In this document: in pieces, positions 21,355 to 30,166 of the stretch
How positions within the stretch are numbered: the first letter of the stretch is position 1
How the letters are laid out: the number at the start of each line of letters is the position of its first letter
Assembly: GCA_039630545.1 (NCBI GenBank)
Contig: JBCNUU010000001.1
Location: 64,001-128,000, forward strand
Source of the DNA: Endomicrobiia bacterium
Lineage (GTDB): Bacteria > Elusimicrobiota > Endomicrobiia > DTEH01
Length of the DNA: 64,000 nucleotides
Direction of reading: 5' to 3'
The notes under the pieces: model-generated
The model's input: the letters and a program-made list of their open reading frames with translations, nothing else
Told to the model about the DNA's origin: nothing
The model's database searches: none
Program-made: the position numbers and the translations under genes

Positions 21355-22397
21355 TATTTTTTATTTTCTTGAATTTGGGGTCGTGTAATGTTAAGCTGGA
21401 CCAGAGGTGTATATCCTGTATTCCCAAAAATATCTCTTGCTACAAATCTTATCCAGAAATCTCCAGAAATTTCTTTAGGTATCATTTCAAGATTTAAATG
21501 AAAAGCATATGGTGGACAAAACATATATTTTGAAAATTTAGTAAAATTTTCTTTATCTGCGGATATTTCCATGTAAACACATTCAACATTTGGAGTTAGG
21601 GCTTGAATAAAAAATACTTTTTCATCATTTTCAGGTCTGCCATCTACTATCTTTGCAATTTTTATTTCAACAGGTAAGTTTTCTGCTCCCTCAGGAATAA
21701 GTTTTATTACTATTGCCGGATCAAAAACTCTAATTTGAGTTTTAAGAGAATTTTGTGGATTTATTGGTGGTGCTCCATTTATTTCATTGTTTAACCAGAT
21801 ATTGAATTCTTTTTGATTTTTTTCTCTCCAGGCACCTGCTATAATAGGTGAGGAAGAAGCAGAAGTTAAATAAGGTGTGTTTGAATATACACAAACCCAT
21901 ATGTCCTCTGAAAAATTAACTTTTTCTAAAGGAATTTCTGTAAAAAACCATCTAGCTTCTCCTGTGGTAGTAATTGCGTTTTCCCAGTCACCTTCTGTGG
22001 GAATATCTTTTACTTTACATAAAAAATACCTTTGATCTGATTTCCAGGCAGGGGTTGAAGAAACACCTATGTAGATGTTGCCATCTATGATTTCTTTTTC
22101 CCATGGTGGTGCAGATGGTTTTGGTTTTGTTTTTGCCCTTCCTAGTTTTGCTCCAACATACATTTTAGAAAACAAATTTTTTGGTGGCAATAAATCTTTT
22201 TTAAATTTTTTAATCCAGCACATGTTACTTCCTACATACCAGTTGCCGTCCCATCCACTATTTGCAAAAAGAGTGTATTCATTTATAGGAACACCGCCAG
22301 TAATATATGTGGGATAGTATTCTTGGTGTTGACTAAAAGCAAAATATATAACAAAAAAACAAAAAGAAAAACACTTTCTTTTTAGTTCTTTTTTCAT
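21354..22397 (-). CDS. Hypothetical exported protein
   Basis: 347-aa ORF with a signal-peptide-like N-terminus; Trp/Pro-rich; no family recognised. Confidence 0.7.
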   Translation of the reverse strand: MKKELKRKCFSFCFFVIYFAFSQHQEYYPTYITGGVPINEYTLFANSGWDGNWYVGSNMCWIKKFKKDLLPPKNLFSKMYVGAKLGRAKTKPKPSAPPWEKEIIDGNIYIGVSSTPAWKSDQRYFLCKVKDIPTEGDWENAITTTGEARWFFTEIPLEKVNFSEDIWVCVYSNTPYLTSASSSPIIAGAWREKNQKEFNIWLNNEINGAPPINPQNSLKTQIRVFDPAIVIKLIPEGAENLPVEIKIAKIVDGRPENDEKVFFIQALTPNVECVYMEISADKENFTKFSKYMFCPPYAFHLNLEMIPKEISGDFWIRFVARDIFGNTGYTPLVQLNITRPQIQENKK

Positions 22398-22399
22398 TT

Positions 22400-23281
22400 T
22401 TAAAGATTGTTTTTTTGTCTCTTAAATGTATTTGCTATTTTCTCAAAATCTTCTAAGGAATTATATGAAATTATAACTTTACCCTTTATATTACTTGTAG
22501 GTTTTATTTTTACTTTCAATCCTAAAGATTCTGATAACTCTTTTTCTATTTGTTTGATGTCCGCTGAAACAGTAAATATTTTTTTTGTTTTAGTTTTTTG
22601 CATCTTTAATGACTTGACAATGTTTTCAATATCTCTTACAGTAAGTTTATCCTGGATTATTTTGTTTGAAATCTCTAAAATTGTTTGTTTATCCTTTATA
22701 CTGGCTAATGCTCTGGCATGACCTGCAGATATTAAGCCGTCTTCAATATAACTTAAAACTTCAGATGGAAGATTTAATATTCTTAAAGTATTTGCTATTA
22801 CGCTTCTGTCTTTTCCTATAAGCTTAGCGAGTTCCTCTTGTGTTAAGTTATATTCTTCAGATAAACTTTTATATGCATAAGCTTCTTCTATAGGATTGAG
22901 TTCTTCTCTTTGAAGATTTTCTATTAAAGACAAGATTTTTTTCTGTTTTTCATCTAAAACTTTTACTATTACAGGCAGTTCTTTAAGATTTGCAAGTTGT
23001 GCTGCGCGCCATCTTCTTTCTCCACATATGATTTCGTAACTGTTTTCGTCAATTGGAGAAACAATGAGAGGTTCTATGATCCCTGAATTCTTTATAGAAT
23101 CAGCAAGTTGTTGTAGAGTTTCAATTTTAAAGTTTTTTCTTGGCTGCCATTTTGGAGGTTGAAGTTTTTGTATTTCAACTAATAATATGTTTTCTGCAGT
23201 TTTAGTTTTATGGTCTAGTTGTGAAATTGAACCAAATTCTGACAACAAAGCTTCTAAACCTTTTCCAAGGTGTTTTTTCAT
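22400..23281 (-). CDS. parB: Chromosome partitioning protein ParB/Spo0J
   Basis: LGKGLEALL, QPRKNF, GERRWRAA, ENLQREELNPIEEA and HTH with RSVIANTLR. Confidence 0.95.
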   Translation of the reverse strand: MKKHLGKGLEALLSEFGSISQLDHKTKTAENILLVEIQKLQPPKWQPRKNFKIETLQQLADSIKNSGIIEPLIVSPIDENSYEIICGERRWRAAQLANLKELPVIVKVLDEKQKKILSLIENLQREELNPIEEAYAYKSLSEEYNLTQEELAKLIGKDRSVIANTLRILNLPSEVLSYIEDGLISAGHARALASIKDKQTILEISNKIIQDKLTVRDIENIVKSLKMQKTKTKKIFTVSADIKQIEKELSESLGLKVKIKPTSNIKGKVIISYNSLEDFEKIANTFKRQKNNL

Positions 23282-23283
23282 AG

Positions 23284-24054
23284 TTAATTTTTGTTAATTT
23301 TTAAAATTTCTTGTGCTAGTTGTAAATATGCTATTGTTACTTTTGAATATCTATCATAGTAAAGCAAAGGTTTACCATAACTTGGAGCTTCCGCTGCACG
23401 AATTCCGCGAGGAATTATAGTATTGTAAACTTTATGTTGAAAGTATTTTTTAACATTCTGTGCTATTTCTTCACTAAGGGATGTACGTGTATCATACATG
23501 GTTAAAATTACGCCTTCTATAGATAGATTTTTATTTAAATGTGTCTGCACAAGATTTATTGTTTTTAAAAGTTGAGCCAGACCTTCTAAAGCAAAATATT
23601 CACATTGAATAGGAACCAGTACACTTTCACAACTTGCCAGTGCGTTTATTGTAAGAAGTCCAAGTGACGGTGGACAATCTATTAGAATATAATCATAAGT
23701 TGATTTTATTAACTCTAAAGCTTTATTTAATCTATACTCCCTGTTTAGCATACTTACAAGTTCAACCTCAGCTCCTGTCAGGTCTATATGTGAGGGAGCG
23801 ATATCTAACCAGTCTACAGAAGTGTGAATTATTATATTTCTTATATCTTCATCTCCGATTATCACATGATAGATATTTTTGTTTGCAACTTTGTCAATTC
23901 TTATACCCAGACCACTTGTAGCATTTGCCTGAGGGTCAATATCTACAATTAATACACTTTTTCCATAATATGCTAATGATGTTGCTAAGTTTATTACAGT
24001 TGTAGTTTTGCCAACACCACCTTTTTGATTTGCGACAGTTATGATTCTGTTCAT
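23284..24054 (-). CDS. parA: ParA/Soj ATPase
   Basis: NQKGGVGKTTT, DIDPQANAT, DCPPSLG, QCEYFALEG and AEAPSYG motifs. Confidence 0.95.
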   Translation of the reverse strand: MNRIITVANQKGGVGKTTTVINLATSLAYYGKSVLIVDIDPQANATSGLGIRIDKVANKNIYHVIIGDEDIRNIIIHTSVDWLDIAPSHIDLTGAEVELVSMLNREYRLNKALELIKSTYDYILIDCPPSLGLLTINALASCESVLVPIQCEYFALEGLAQLLKTINLVQTHLNKNLSIEGVILTMYDTRTSLSEEIAQNVKKYFQHKVYNTIIPRGIRAAEAPSYGKPLLYYDRYSKVTIAYLQLAQEILKINKN

Positions 24055-24318
24055 TTATTTTGAAAAAATAAAAATTATTCCGATAACTATAAATATAATA
24101 CCACTTATATATTTTAAGTAGTGATATGGAAAAATTTTACTAAAAACAGAACCTAAAATCACTGCTAAAAAATTAGTAATACAGAAAGCAAATGTAGCAC
24201 CGAGCCAAACATTTAAAGGTTTAAACGATTTTGTAGTAAATGAAATTGCAACAAGTTGTGTTTTATCAGCCATTTCTGCAAATAACATACTAAAAAACAC
24301 AATGATTATTTCTTTCAT
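24055..24318 (-). CDS. TMEM165/GDT1 (UPF0016) family single-domain membrane protein
   Basis: AEMADKTQ, a variant of the ExGDKT motif; three TM segments. Confidence 0.8.
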   Translation of the reverse strand: MKEIIIVFFSMLFAEMADKTQLVAISFTTKSFKPLNVWLGATFAFCITNFLAVILGSVFSKIFPYHYLKYISGIIFIVIGIIFIFSK

Positions 24319-25331
24319 TCTTTTTCCTCCTCAGGTTTAGTTTTTTTATTTTTTAAAAATAAAAGCAAAAATTTATCTTCGTATTCTTTATATACACCCC
24401 ATTTATCCAACTCTTCTTTTAGTTGTTTAGCATATTCTATGTTCTCAGATGCTAACTTAAACAGTTCATTGATTTTATTTTTTGCAGATTGTGGTAAAGA
24501 AAATTTTATTTGTTTTTTGAGTTCTTCAAAAGTGATACCTTCCTCAATTCCTAATAAATTTTGTTTTTTTGGTTTTAAAATAGGATTTTTAATTTCTGTG
24601 TTTAATTGTTTAAAAAACTTTTGTGTTTTTTTATCTATTTCTACAAATAAATCTTTTATTTTTTCATCAAATTTTTTTATGTCTTCATATATAGTGCTAA
24701 AACCTAAATCAAATGAAAATGTTTTTTTAAGCAACTCAATAATAGGAATAGCTGCTTGAGGATTAATCATATCTATTGTATAAAAAGGTATTTCGCAAAA
24801 TATACATACACCCTTTATAGCTAAATCCCTAGCTAAAGTAAGCAATACTGCATTGATTCCTTCTAATGTTCCAAATTTTAGATTTTTGACTTCATTAAAT
24901 ATTTTTATGTCAGGCATATTTTTTGCAATATATATTTGAGGATAATCTGTATGCAGAATATAAGATGGTAAAGCATGAAAGGTAATAATTAAAGATACCT
25001 CTAATTGCTCAAAAAAGTTTATAAGTTCATCTGCAAATTTTTTGTAATATATTATAGAAGGTTCTAAGTTGGCAGATATAAACAAAAAATCACCCTGTTT
25101 TTGTTTTGAATAATATATTTTATCATAAGATGAAGTATTAGAATAAATTATCCCGTTTTCTACTATAGTATTACTTACTATATATTCGTCAATTTCTATT
25201 TCTGCAAAAAGTGACGGTTTAAGTTGAGAAATTAAATGGTTTATCACATAATTACCTATCATTCCTATTGAAGGCCATGAAAAAAACACGATAGGTTGTT
25301 TTGTTTTTATTTTACTTTTTTGTATAATCAT
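24315..25331 (-). CDS. PAC2 family (proteasome assembly chaperone-like) protein
   Basis: N-terminal WPSIGMIG...HLISQL...FAEI pattern, GVCIFCEIPFY...NPQAA, and C-terminal ELDKWGVYKEYEDKFL. Confidence 0.65.
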   Translation of the reverse strand: MIIQKSKIKTKQPIVFFSWPSIGMIGNYVINHLISQLKPSLFAEIEIDEYIVSNTIVENGIIYSNTSSYDKIYYSKQKQGDFLFISANLEPSIIYYKKFADELINFFEQLEVSLIITFHALPSYILHTDYPQIYIAKNMPDIKIFNEVKNLKFGTLEGINAVLLTLARDLAIKGVCIFCEIPFYTIDMINPQAAIPIIELLKKTFSFDLGFSTIYEDIKKFDEKIKDLFVEIDKKTQKFFKQLNTEIKNPILKPKKQNLLGIEEGITFEELKKQIKFSLPQSAKNKINELFKLASENIEYAKQLKEELDKWGVYKEYEDKFLLLFLKNKKTKPEEEKE

Positions 25332-25957
25332 TTTTTTAAATTTAAAATACAGGCTAATCTTAGAAATTCTACTGTTAAGTCTATTTTAAGTATCTCTATA
25401 TTGTTTTTAGATGGAGTAATAACCACAGGAGTAAAGTTAAGAATACCTTTTACTCCGCATGATATTACATAGTTTATAGTATCTTTAGCTACTTCCTGTG
25501 GAACCGTAATTACAGCAATATCAATTTTGTGTTTTTTAGCAAAAGTTTTTAGGTGGTCAATGTGATATATTTTTATTCCATTAATTTTTTTATTTATGAT
25601 ACTTTTTGAAACATCAAAACCAGCAATTATATTTAGTTTATGTTTTTTAAAGCCCGGATATTTTATTAAAGCAGAACCAAGTTTTCCACAGCCTACTATT
25701 ATTACATTCCAGGTTTTATTTAATCCTAAAACATTTGATATTTTTTTGAGTAAATTTTTTATTTTATAGCCCTTTTTAGGAATACCTAATTGTCCAAGTA
25801 AAGCTAAATCTTTTCTTATTATTTCTGGTGTAAATCCAAGTTGATCAGCAATTTCCTTAGAAGATATAAATTCTTTGCTATAAGGTTTTAATAAAAGTTG
25901 ATAATACAAAGAAAGTCGTGTGATGGTTCTATTGGGTAACATAACGTTTTTAGTCAT
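25328..25957 (-). CDS. rex: Redox-sensing transcriptional repressor Rex
   Basis: TITRLSLY, ISSKEIA, IRKDLA, Rossmann IVGCGKLGSAL and GILNFTP. Start is uncertain (25993, 25957 or 25942). Confidence 0.9.
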   Translation of the reverse strand: MTKNVMLPNRTITRLSLYYQLLLKPYSKEFISSKEIADQLGFTPEIIRKDLALLGQLGIPKKGYKIKNLLKKISNVLGLNKTWNVIIVGCGKLGSALIKYPGFKKHKLNIIAGFDVSKSIINKKINGIKIYHIDHLKTFAKKHKIDIAVITVPQEVAKDTINYVISCGVKGILNFTPVVITPSKNNIEILKIDLTVEFLRLACILNLKK

Positions 25958-26020
25958 AGTTTTTGATATACTAATTATTTTTTTTAAAAACAAGTGATAA
26001 TGATAAAAAATTGTGATTTA

Positions 26021-26049
26021 TTGACAAAATTAAATTTTTATTATAAAAT
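26021..26049 (+). promoter_or_regulatory. Putative sigma70 promoter for the 26084 operon
   Basis: TTGACA (26021-26026), 17 bp spacer, TAAAAT (26044-26049). Confidence 0.6.
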
Positions 26050-26083
26050 ATAAAAAACTTAATAAGGGGGGTAGTTATTAATT

Positions 26084-26842
26084 ATGGAAAAATTAAAAAA
26101 TTTAATGATTTTATTAATGGTCAATGTTTCTTTATATGCTGTTGATATATTTGAAGAATTTAAAAATAGAGTTCAACAGCAATATATAGATCCTTTCACT
26201 AAAGATCTCACAGGTATTGTATGTAGTAACTCCATAAATACCGCAGATAGTTTGGGTCTATTTAAGGCTGTTCCACCATCAATAGGTTTGGATCTTAGTG
26301 CATCTTTTGTGTTAAAAGAAATCTCTTCAGAGAATATAATTTTAAATGAAGCATTTAAAGAACAAGATTTTAAGTATATTCCATTTTTTAGTTTACAAAT
26401 AAGTAAAGGATTACCATTAAATATAGATTTGATTGGAAGAATTTTTAGTTATTCAAATGTTATCTTTTATGGTGCAGGAGTGAAATATAGGTTTTTATCT
26501 TTTCCACCGATTGTTCCTGTAGTAAACTGTGCTGTAGGTTTATTCTATAATGTGATAGATGCCAAAGATATTCTTAAACATAACTCCTATTCCATAAACG
26601 CTGTAATTTCTGTGGATAAACTACCTTTTATAAGGCCATATATGGTAGTTGGTTTGGATAATGGAGAACTAACAGTGTACGAAGCAATAGGAATAGGTGA
26701 GATAAAAAGTAGATTTAAAAACGGGTTAAGATATGAAGTAGGTTTCAGGTTATCTTTTGTTCCTTTTGTTTATATTAGTTTAGGATATTTAAATGTATAT
26801 TCTGTGAATGGTTATACTTTAAATCTTGGATTAAAATTTTAA
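26084..26842 (+). CDS. Hypothetical outer-membrane beta-barrel protein
   Basis: Signal peptide, alternating beta-strands and a C-terminal YTLNLGLKF beta-signal. Confidence 0.6.
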   Translation: MEKLKNLMILLMVNVSLYAVDIFEEFKNRVQQQYIDPFTKDLTGIVCSNSINTADSLGLFKAVPPSIGLDLSASFVLKEISSENIILNEAFKEQDFKYIPFFSLQISKGLPLNIDLIGRIFSYSNVIFYGAGVKYRFLSFPPIVPVVNCAVGLFYNVIDAKDILKHNSYSINAVISVDKLPFIRPYMVVGLDNGELTVYEAIGIGEIKSRFKNGLRYEVGFRLSFVPFVYISLGYLNVYSVNGYTLNLGLKF

Positions 26843-26843
26843 C

Positions 26844-27440
26844 ATGTCAGAAGTATTAGTACTTAATAAACATTTTGTAGCAGTATCTTTAACATCATGG
26901 CGTAAAGCAATAAAACTGGTGTATCTTGAGCGTGCGGATGTGGTGGATGAAGATTATAAGACATATTCGTTTAAAGATTGGTTTGAACTTTCTCAATGTA
27001 TGAAGGAACATCCAGCAGGATTTGTATATACACCAAAATTTAAAATAGCAATTCCAGAAGTGATAGCACTTAAATTTTATGATAAAGTTCATTTTGAAGA
27101 ACCGAGATTAACACGAAAAAATATATATGAACATTACGGCTATAGATGTTGTTACTGTGGTAAAAAATTCAGTGTTGATAAACTTAACATAGACCATATA
27201 CTGCCTAAATCTCGAGGAGGAAAAACTGAGTGGAATAATATTATCACTTCATGTATAGAATGTAATCTGAAAAAAGGAAATAAAACTCCACAAGAAGCTG
27301 GTATGAAACTAGCTATATCTCCGTCTAAACCACAGAGAAGATTAAAACTTACTTTTATATTCAAGCCAAATATAAAAATTCCGACTTCCTGGCAAAAGTT
27401 TATAGATACTATGTACTGGAATGTTGAGCTTGAAGAATAA
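26844..27440 (+). CDS. HNH endonuclease
   Basis: VLVLN N-terminus, CCYCG...NIDHILPKSRGGKTEWNNIITSCIECNLKKG and TPQEAGM. Confidence 0.92.
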   Translation: MSEVLVLNKHFVAVSLTSWRKAIKLVYLERADVVDEDYKTYSFKDWFELSQCMKEHPAGFVYTPKFKIAIPEVIALKFYDKVHFEEPRLTRKNIYEHYGYRCCYCGKKFSVDKLNIDHILPKSRGGKTEWNNIITSCIECNLKKGNKTPQEAGMKLAISPSKPQRRLKLTFIFKPNIKIPTSWQKFIDTMYWNVELEE

Positions 27441-27606
27441 TTTTTTATTTTGAATTTTTGATGACCCATAGATACAACAAATTATAATCTTCTCTTTTTA
27501 AAAAATTTTTAAATCTGTTGCGAAATTTTAAAAATTATAGTAAATATAAAACTAAAAACAAAGTTTTTTTGTTAATTTATTTTTTAATACAGGAGGAAAA
27601 AGAAAT

Positions 27607-28497
27607 ATGTTATCTTCTTCGTTTTTGTTAGTTTTAATTATAATACTTGGAATTATTTATGTATATAATGCAGTAAAAATAATAAGACAACATGAAAGAG
27701 GACTTATAGAAACATTGGGCCGTTTTACTAAAATGGTGGAGCCTGGATTAGTAGTAATATTTCCCTTAATTCAAAAAATAAGAGTTGTAGATATGAGAGA
27801 ACAGGTCATAGATGTCCCTCCACAGGATGTGATAACGAAAGATAATGTTGTGGTTACTGTTGATGCTGTAATATATTTTCAGGTTATAGATCCAGTAAAG
27901 GTTGTATATGAAGTATCTAATTTCTCTTTAGCAGCTTTGAAATTAGCTCAAACGAACCTAAGAAATGTTATAGGTGATCTTGAGTTAGATCAAACTTTAA
28001 CTTCAAGAGAAAAAATAAACTTGCAATTAAGACAAGTCCTTGATGAAGCAACTGACAGATGGGGAGTAAAAATCACAAGGGTGGAAATTCAGAAAATAGA
28101 ACCACCAAAAGACATTACTGATGCGATGAGTAAACAGATGAAAGCCGAAAGAGAAAAAAGAGCAATGATATTAGAAGCAGAAGGTATAAGACAAGCAGCT
28201 ATATTAAAAGCAGAAGGAGAAAAACAAGCTGCAATACTTACCGCTGAAGGTAGGGCTGAAGCTATTAAAAAAGTGGCTGACGCTGAAAAATATCAAATAG
28301 AAATAGTATACGATGCTATTCATAAGGGTAAACCTACTAATGACCTAATAGCAATTAAATATCTTGAAACATTACAAAAAATAGCAGACGGAAAAGCTAC
28401 AAAAATTTTTCTTCCAGTAGAAGCGACGGGAATTTTAGGATCTATTGGAGGAATAAAAGAACTTTTTGTAGAATCTGAAAAAAAAGAAGAAAAATAA
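27607..28497 (+). CDS. SPFH/band 7 (QmcA-like) membrane protein
   Basis: N-terminal TM, VDMREQVIDVPPQDVITKDNV and QMKAEREKRA; GGAGG RBS. Confidence 0.92.
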   Translation: MLSSSFLLVLIIILGIIYVYNAVKIIRQHERGLIETLGRFTKMVEPGLVVIFPLIQKIRVVDMREQVIDVPPQDVITKDNVVVTVDAVIYFQVIDPVKVVYEVSNFSLAALKLAQTNLRNVIGDLELDQTLTSREKINLQLRQVLDEATDRWGVKITRVEIQKIEPPKDITDAMSKQMKAEREKRAMILEAEGIRQAAILKAEGEKQAAILTAEGRAEAIKKVADAEKYQIEIVYDAIHKGKPTNDLIAIKYLETLQKIADGKATKIFLPVEATGILGSIGGIKELFVESEKKEEK

Positions 28498-28536
28498 AAC
28501 TTTCAATTATATTTAAAAGAAAGGAGAGGGTTTAAT

Positions 28537-29925
28537 ATGCAAGAAATTATAAATAACATCAAAGAAGCTGTAGATTACAAAGACGGAAAAGTAGAGATAA
28601 AAAATTTAACTCTTTTAAGAGAAAAAATAATAGATGAACTTGTATGGAAAGCTGTATTTGGTACTTCAGAACAAGAAAAAATTTTTTGTAGAAAACTAAT
28701 TCGACTCATAGCTCAGAGGCTGAATTTAGGACCGGCTAGTATTTATGATCTATATGTTGCTATAGGAAGAAATGAAGTGAGTGGTTTTACAGTTCCAGCT
28801 GTGAATATTCGTGGTTTAACTTATGATACTGCCAAAGCACTATTTAGAGCTGCAAAAAAATTAGATGTTGGAGCTGTTATTCTTGAGATTGCTAGATCTG
28901 AAATGGGATATACTAATCAATCACCTGATGAGTATGCAGCAGTAATTCTTGGAGCTGCTATTAAGGAAGGTTACGATGTAGTTGTGTTTTTACAGGGAGA
29001 TCATTTTCAAGTTAATGCTAAGAGATATAAAGAAAATTCTCAGAAAGAAATAGAAGGCATAAAAAACCTTATACAAAATTCTATAGATGCTGGTTTTTAC
29101 AATATAGATTTAGATACCTCAACTTTAGTAGATGAGTCAAAACCGACACTTGATGAACAACAGAAAGAAAACTATAAAGTTGCCTCAGAGTTAACTGAAT
29201 TTGTAAGGAGTATTCAACCTAAAGGCATAGAGGTGAACCTTGGTGGAGAAATTGGGGAAATAGGAAGCAAAAATTCTACAGAAGAAGAACTTATAGCTTA
29301 TATGGAGGGTTATAAAAAAGAATTAAAAAGCGGTTTAAAAGGTATTACAAAACTTGCTATTCAAACAGGGACAACTCACGGTGGGATTCCTTTACCTGAC
29401 GGGTCAATTGCGAAAGTAAAGTTAGACTTTGATGTGATAGAGAGATTAACAAAAGTTGCAAAAGAGAAATACAATCTTGCAGGTTGTGTTCAACATGGAG
29501 CTTCTACTTTACCTGCAGAACTTTTTGATAAATTTCCAAAAGTTGGCACTTTGGAGATACATCTTGCTACAGAATTTCAAAATATAATTTTTGATCATCC
29601 TTTATTCCCTTCAGAGTTAAAACAACATATATACAAATATTTAGATGAAAACTGTAAAGATGAAAGAAAACCTTCAGATACAGATCAACAGTTTTATTAT
29701 AAAACAAGAAAAAAAGCATGGGGACCATTTAAGAAAGAAGTTTGGAGTTTATCACAACACATAAAAGACAGCATATCTTTAGATCTTCAGAAGAAATTTG
29801 AGTTTTTGTTTGATAAGTTAAATGTAAAAAATACCAAAGATATAGTTAAAAAATACATAAAGCCTGTAGAAGTTGAGATAAAAGATGTTATAAGCAAAAA
29901 AGAGAAATTTGAAGGTGCAGACTAA
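28537..29925 (+). CDS. Class II fructose-bisphosphate aldolase-like protein
   Basis: FTVPAVN, GDHF, GEIGEIG, GTTHGG, VQHGAS and EIHLATEFQ metal-binding pattern. Confidence 0.8.
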   Translation: MQEIINNIKEAVDYKDGKVEIKNLTLLREKIIDELVWKAVFGTSEQEKIFCRKLIRLIAQRLNLGPASIYDLYVAIGRNEVSGFTVPAVNIRGLTYDTAKALFRAAKKLDVGAVILEIARSEMGYTNQSPDEYAAVILGAAIKEGYDVVVFLQGDHFQVNAKRYKENSQKEIEGIKNLIQNSIDAGFYNIDLDTSTLVDESKPTLDEQQKENYKVASELTEFVRSIQPKGIEVNLGGEIGEIGSKNSTEEELIAYMEGYKKELKSGLKGITKLAIQTGTTHGGIPLPDGSIAKVKLDFDVIERLTKVAKEKYNLAGCVQHGASTLPAELFDKFPKVGTLEIHLATEFQNIIFDHPLFPSELKQHIYKYLDENCKDERKPSDTDQQFYYKTRKKAWGPFKKEVWSLSQHIKDSISLDLQKKFEFLFDKLNVKNTKDIVKKYIKPVEVEIKDVISKKEKFEGAD

Positions 29926-29945
29926 ATTATTAAAAATTTGAAAAA

Positions 29946-30164
29946 ATGAGTGAAATAGGAAAATTTTTAGTTTTTATTGGTGTGATAATTATTTTGGTTG
30001 GAATATTTTTGTTGTTTTTTGAAAAAATACCCTATTTAGGTAAACTTCCAGGAGACATTCTTATAAGAAAGAAAAACTTTGTGTTCTATTTTCCCCTAGC
30101 TACTTCAGTACTTTTAAGTATTTTGTTAACTTTATTGTTAAATCTTATCATTAGGAGAAAATAG
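29946..30164 (+). CDS. DUF2905 family membrane protein
   Basis: LGKLPGDI...FYFPLATSVLLS motif. Confidence 0.9.
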   Translation: MSEIGKFLVFIGVIIILVGIFLLFFEKIPYLGKLPGDILIRKKNFVFYFPLATSVLLSILLTLLLNLIIRRK

Positions 30165-30166
30165 TC

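Noticed and set aside
27441..27606. Intergenic region checked for an ncRNA or riboswitch
   Set aside because: Only an A/T-only 10-bp inverted repeat, expected by chance at this composition, and no convincing promoter spacing.
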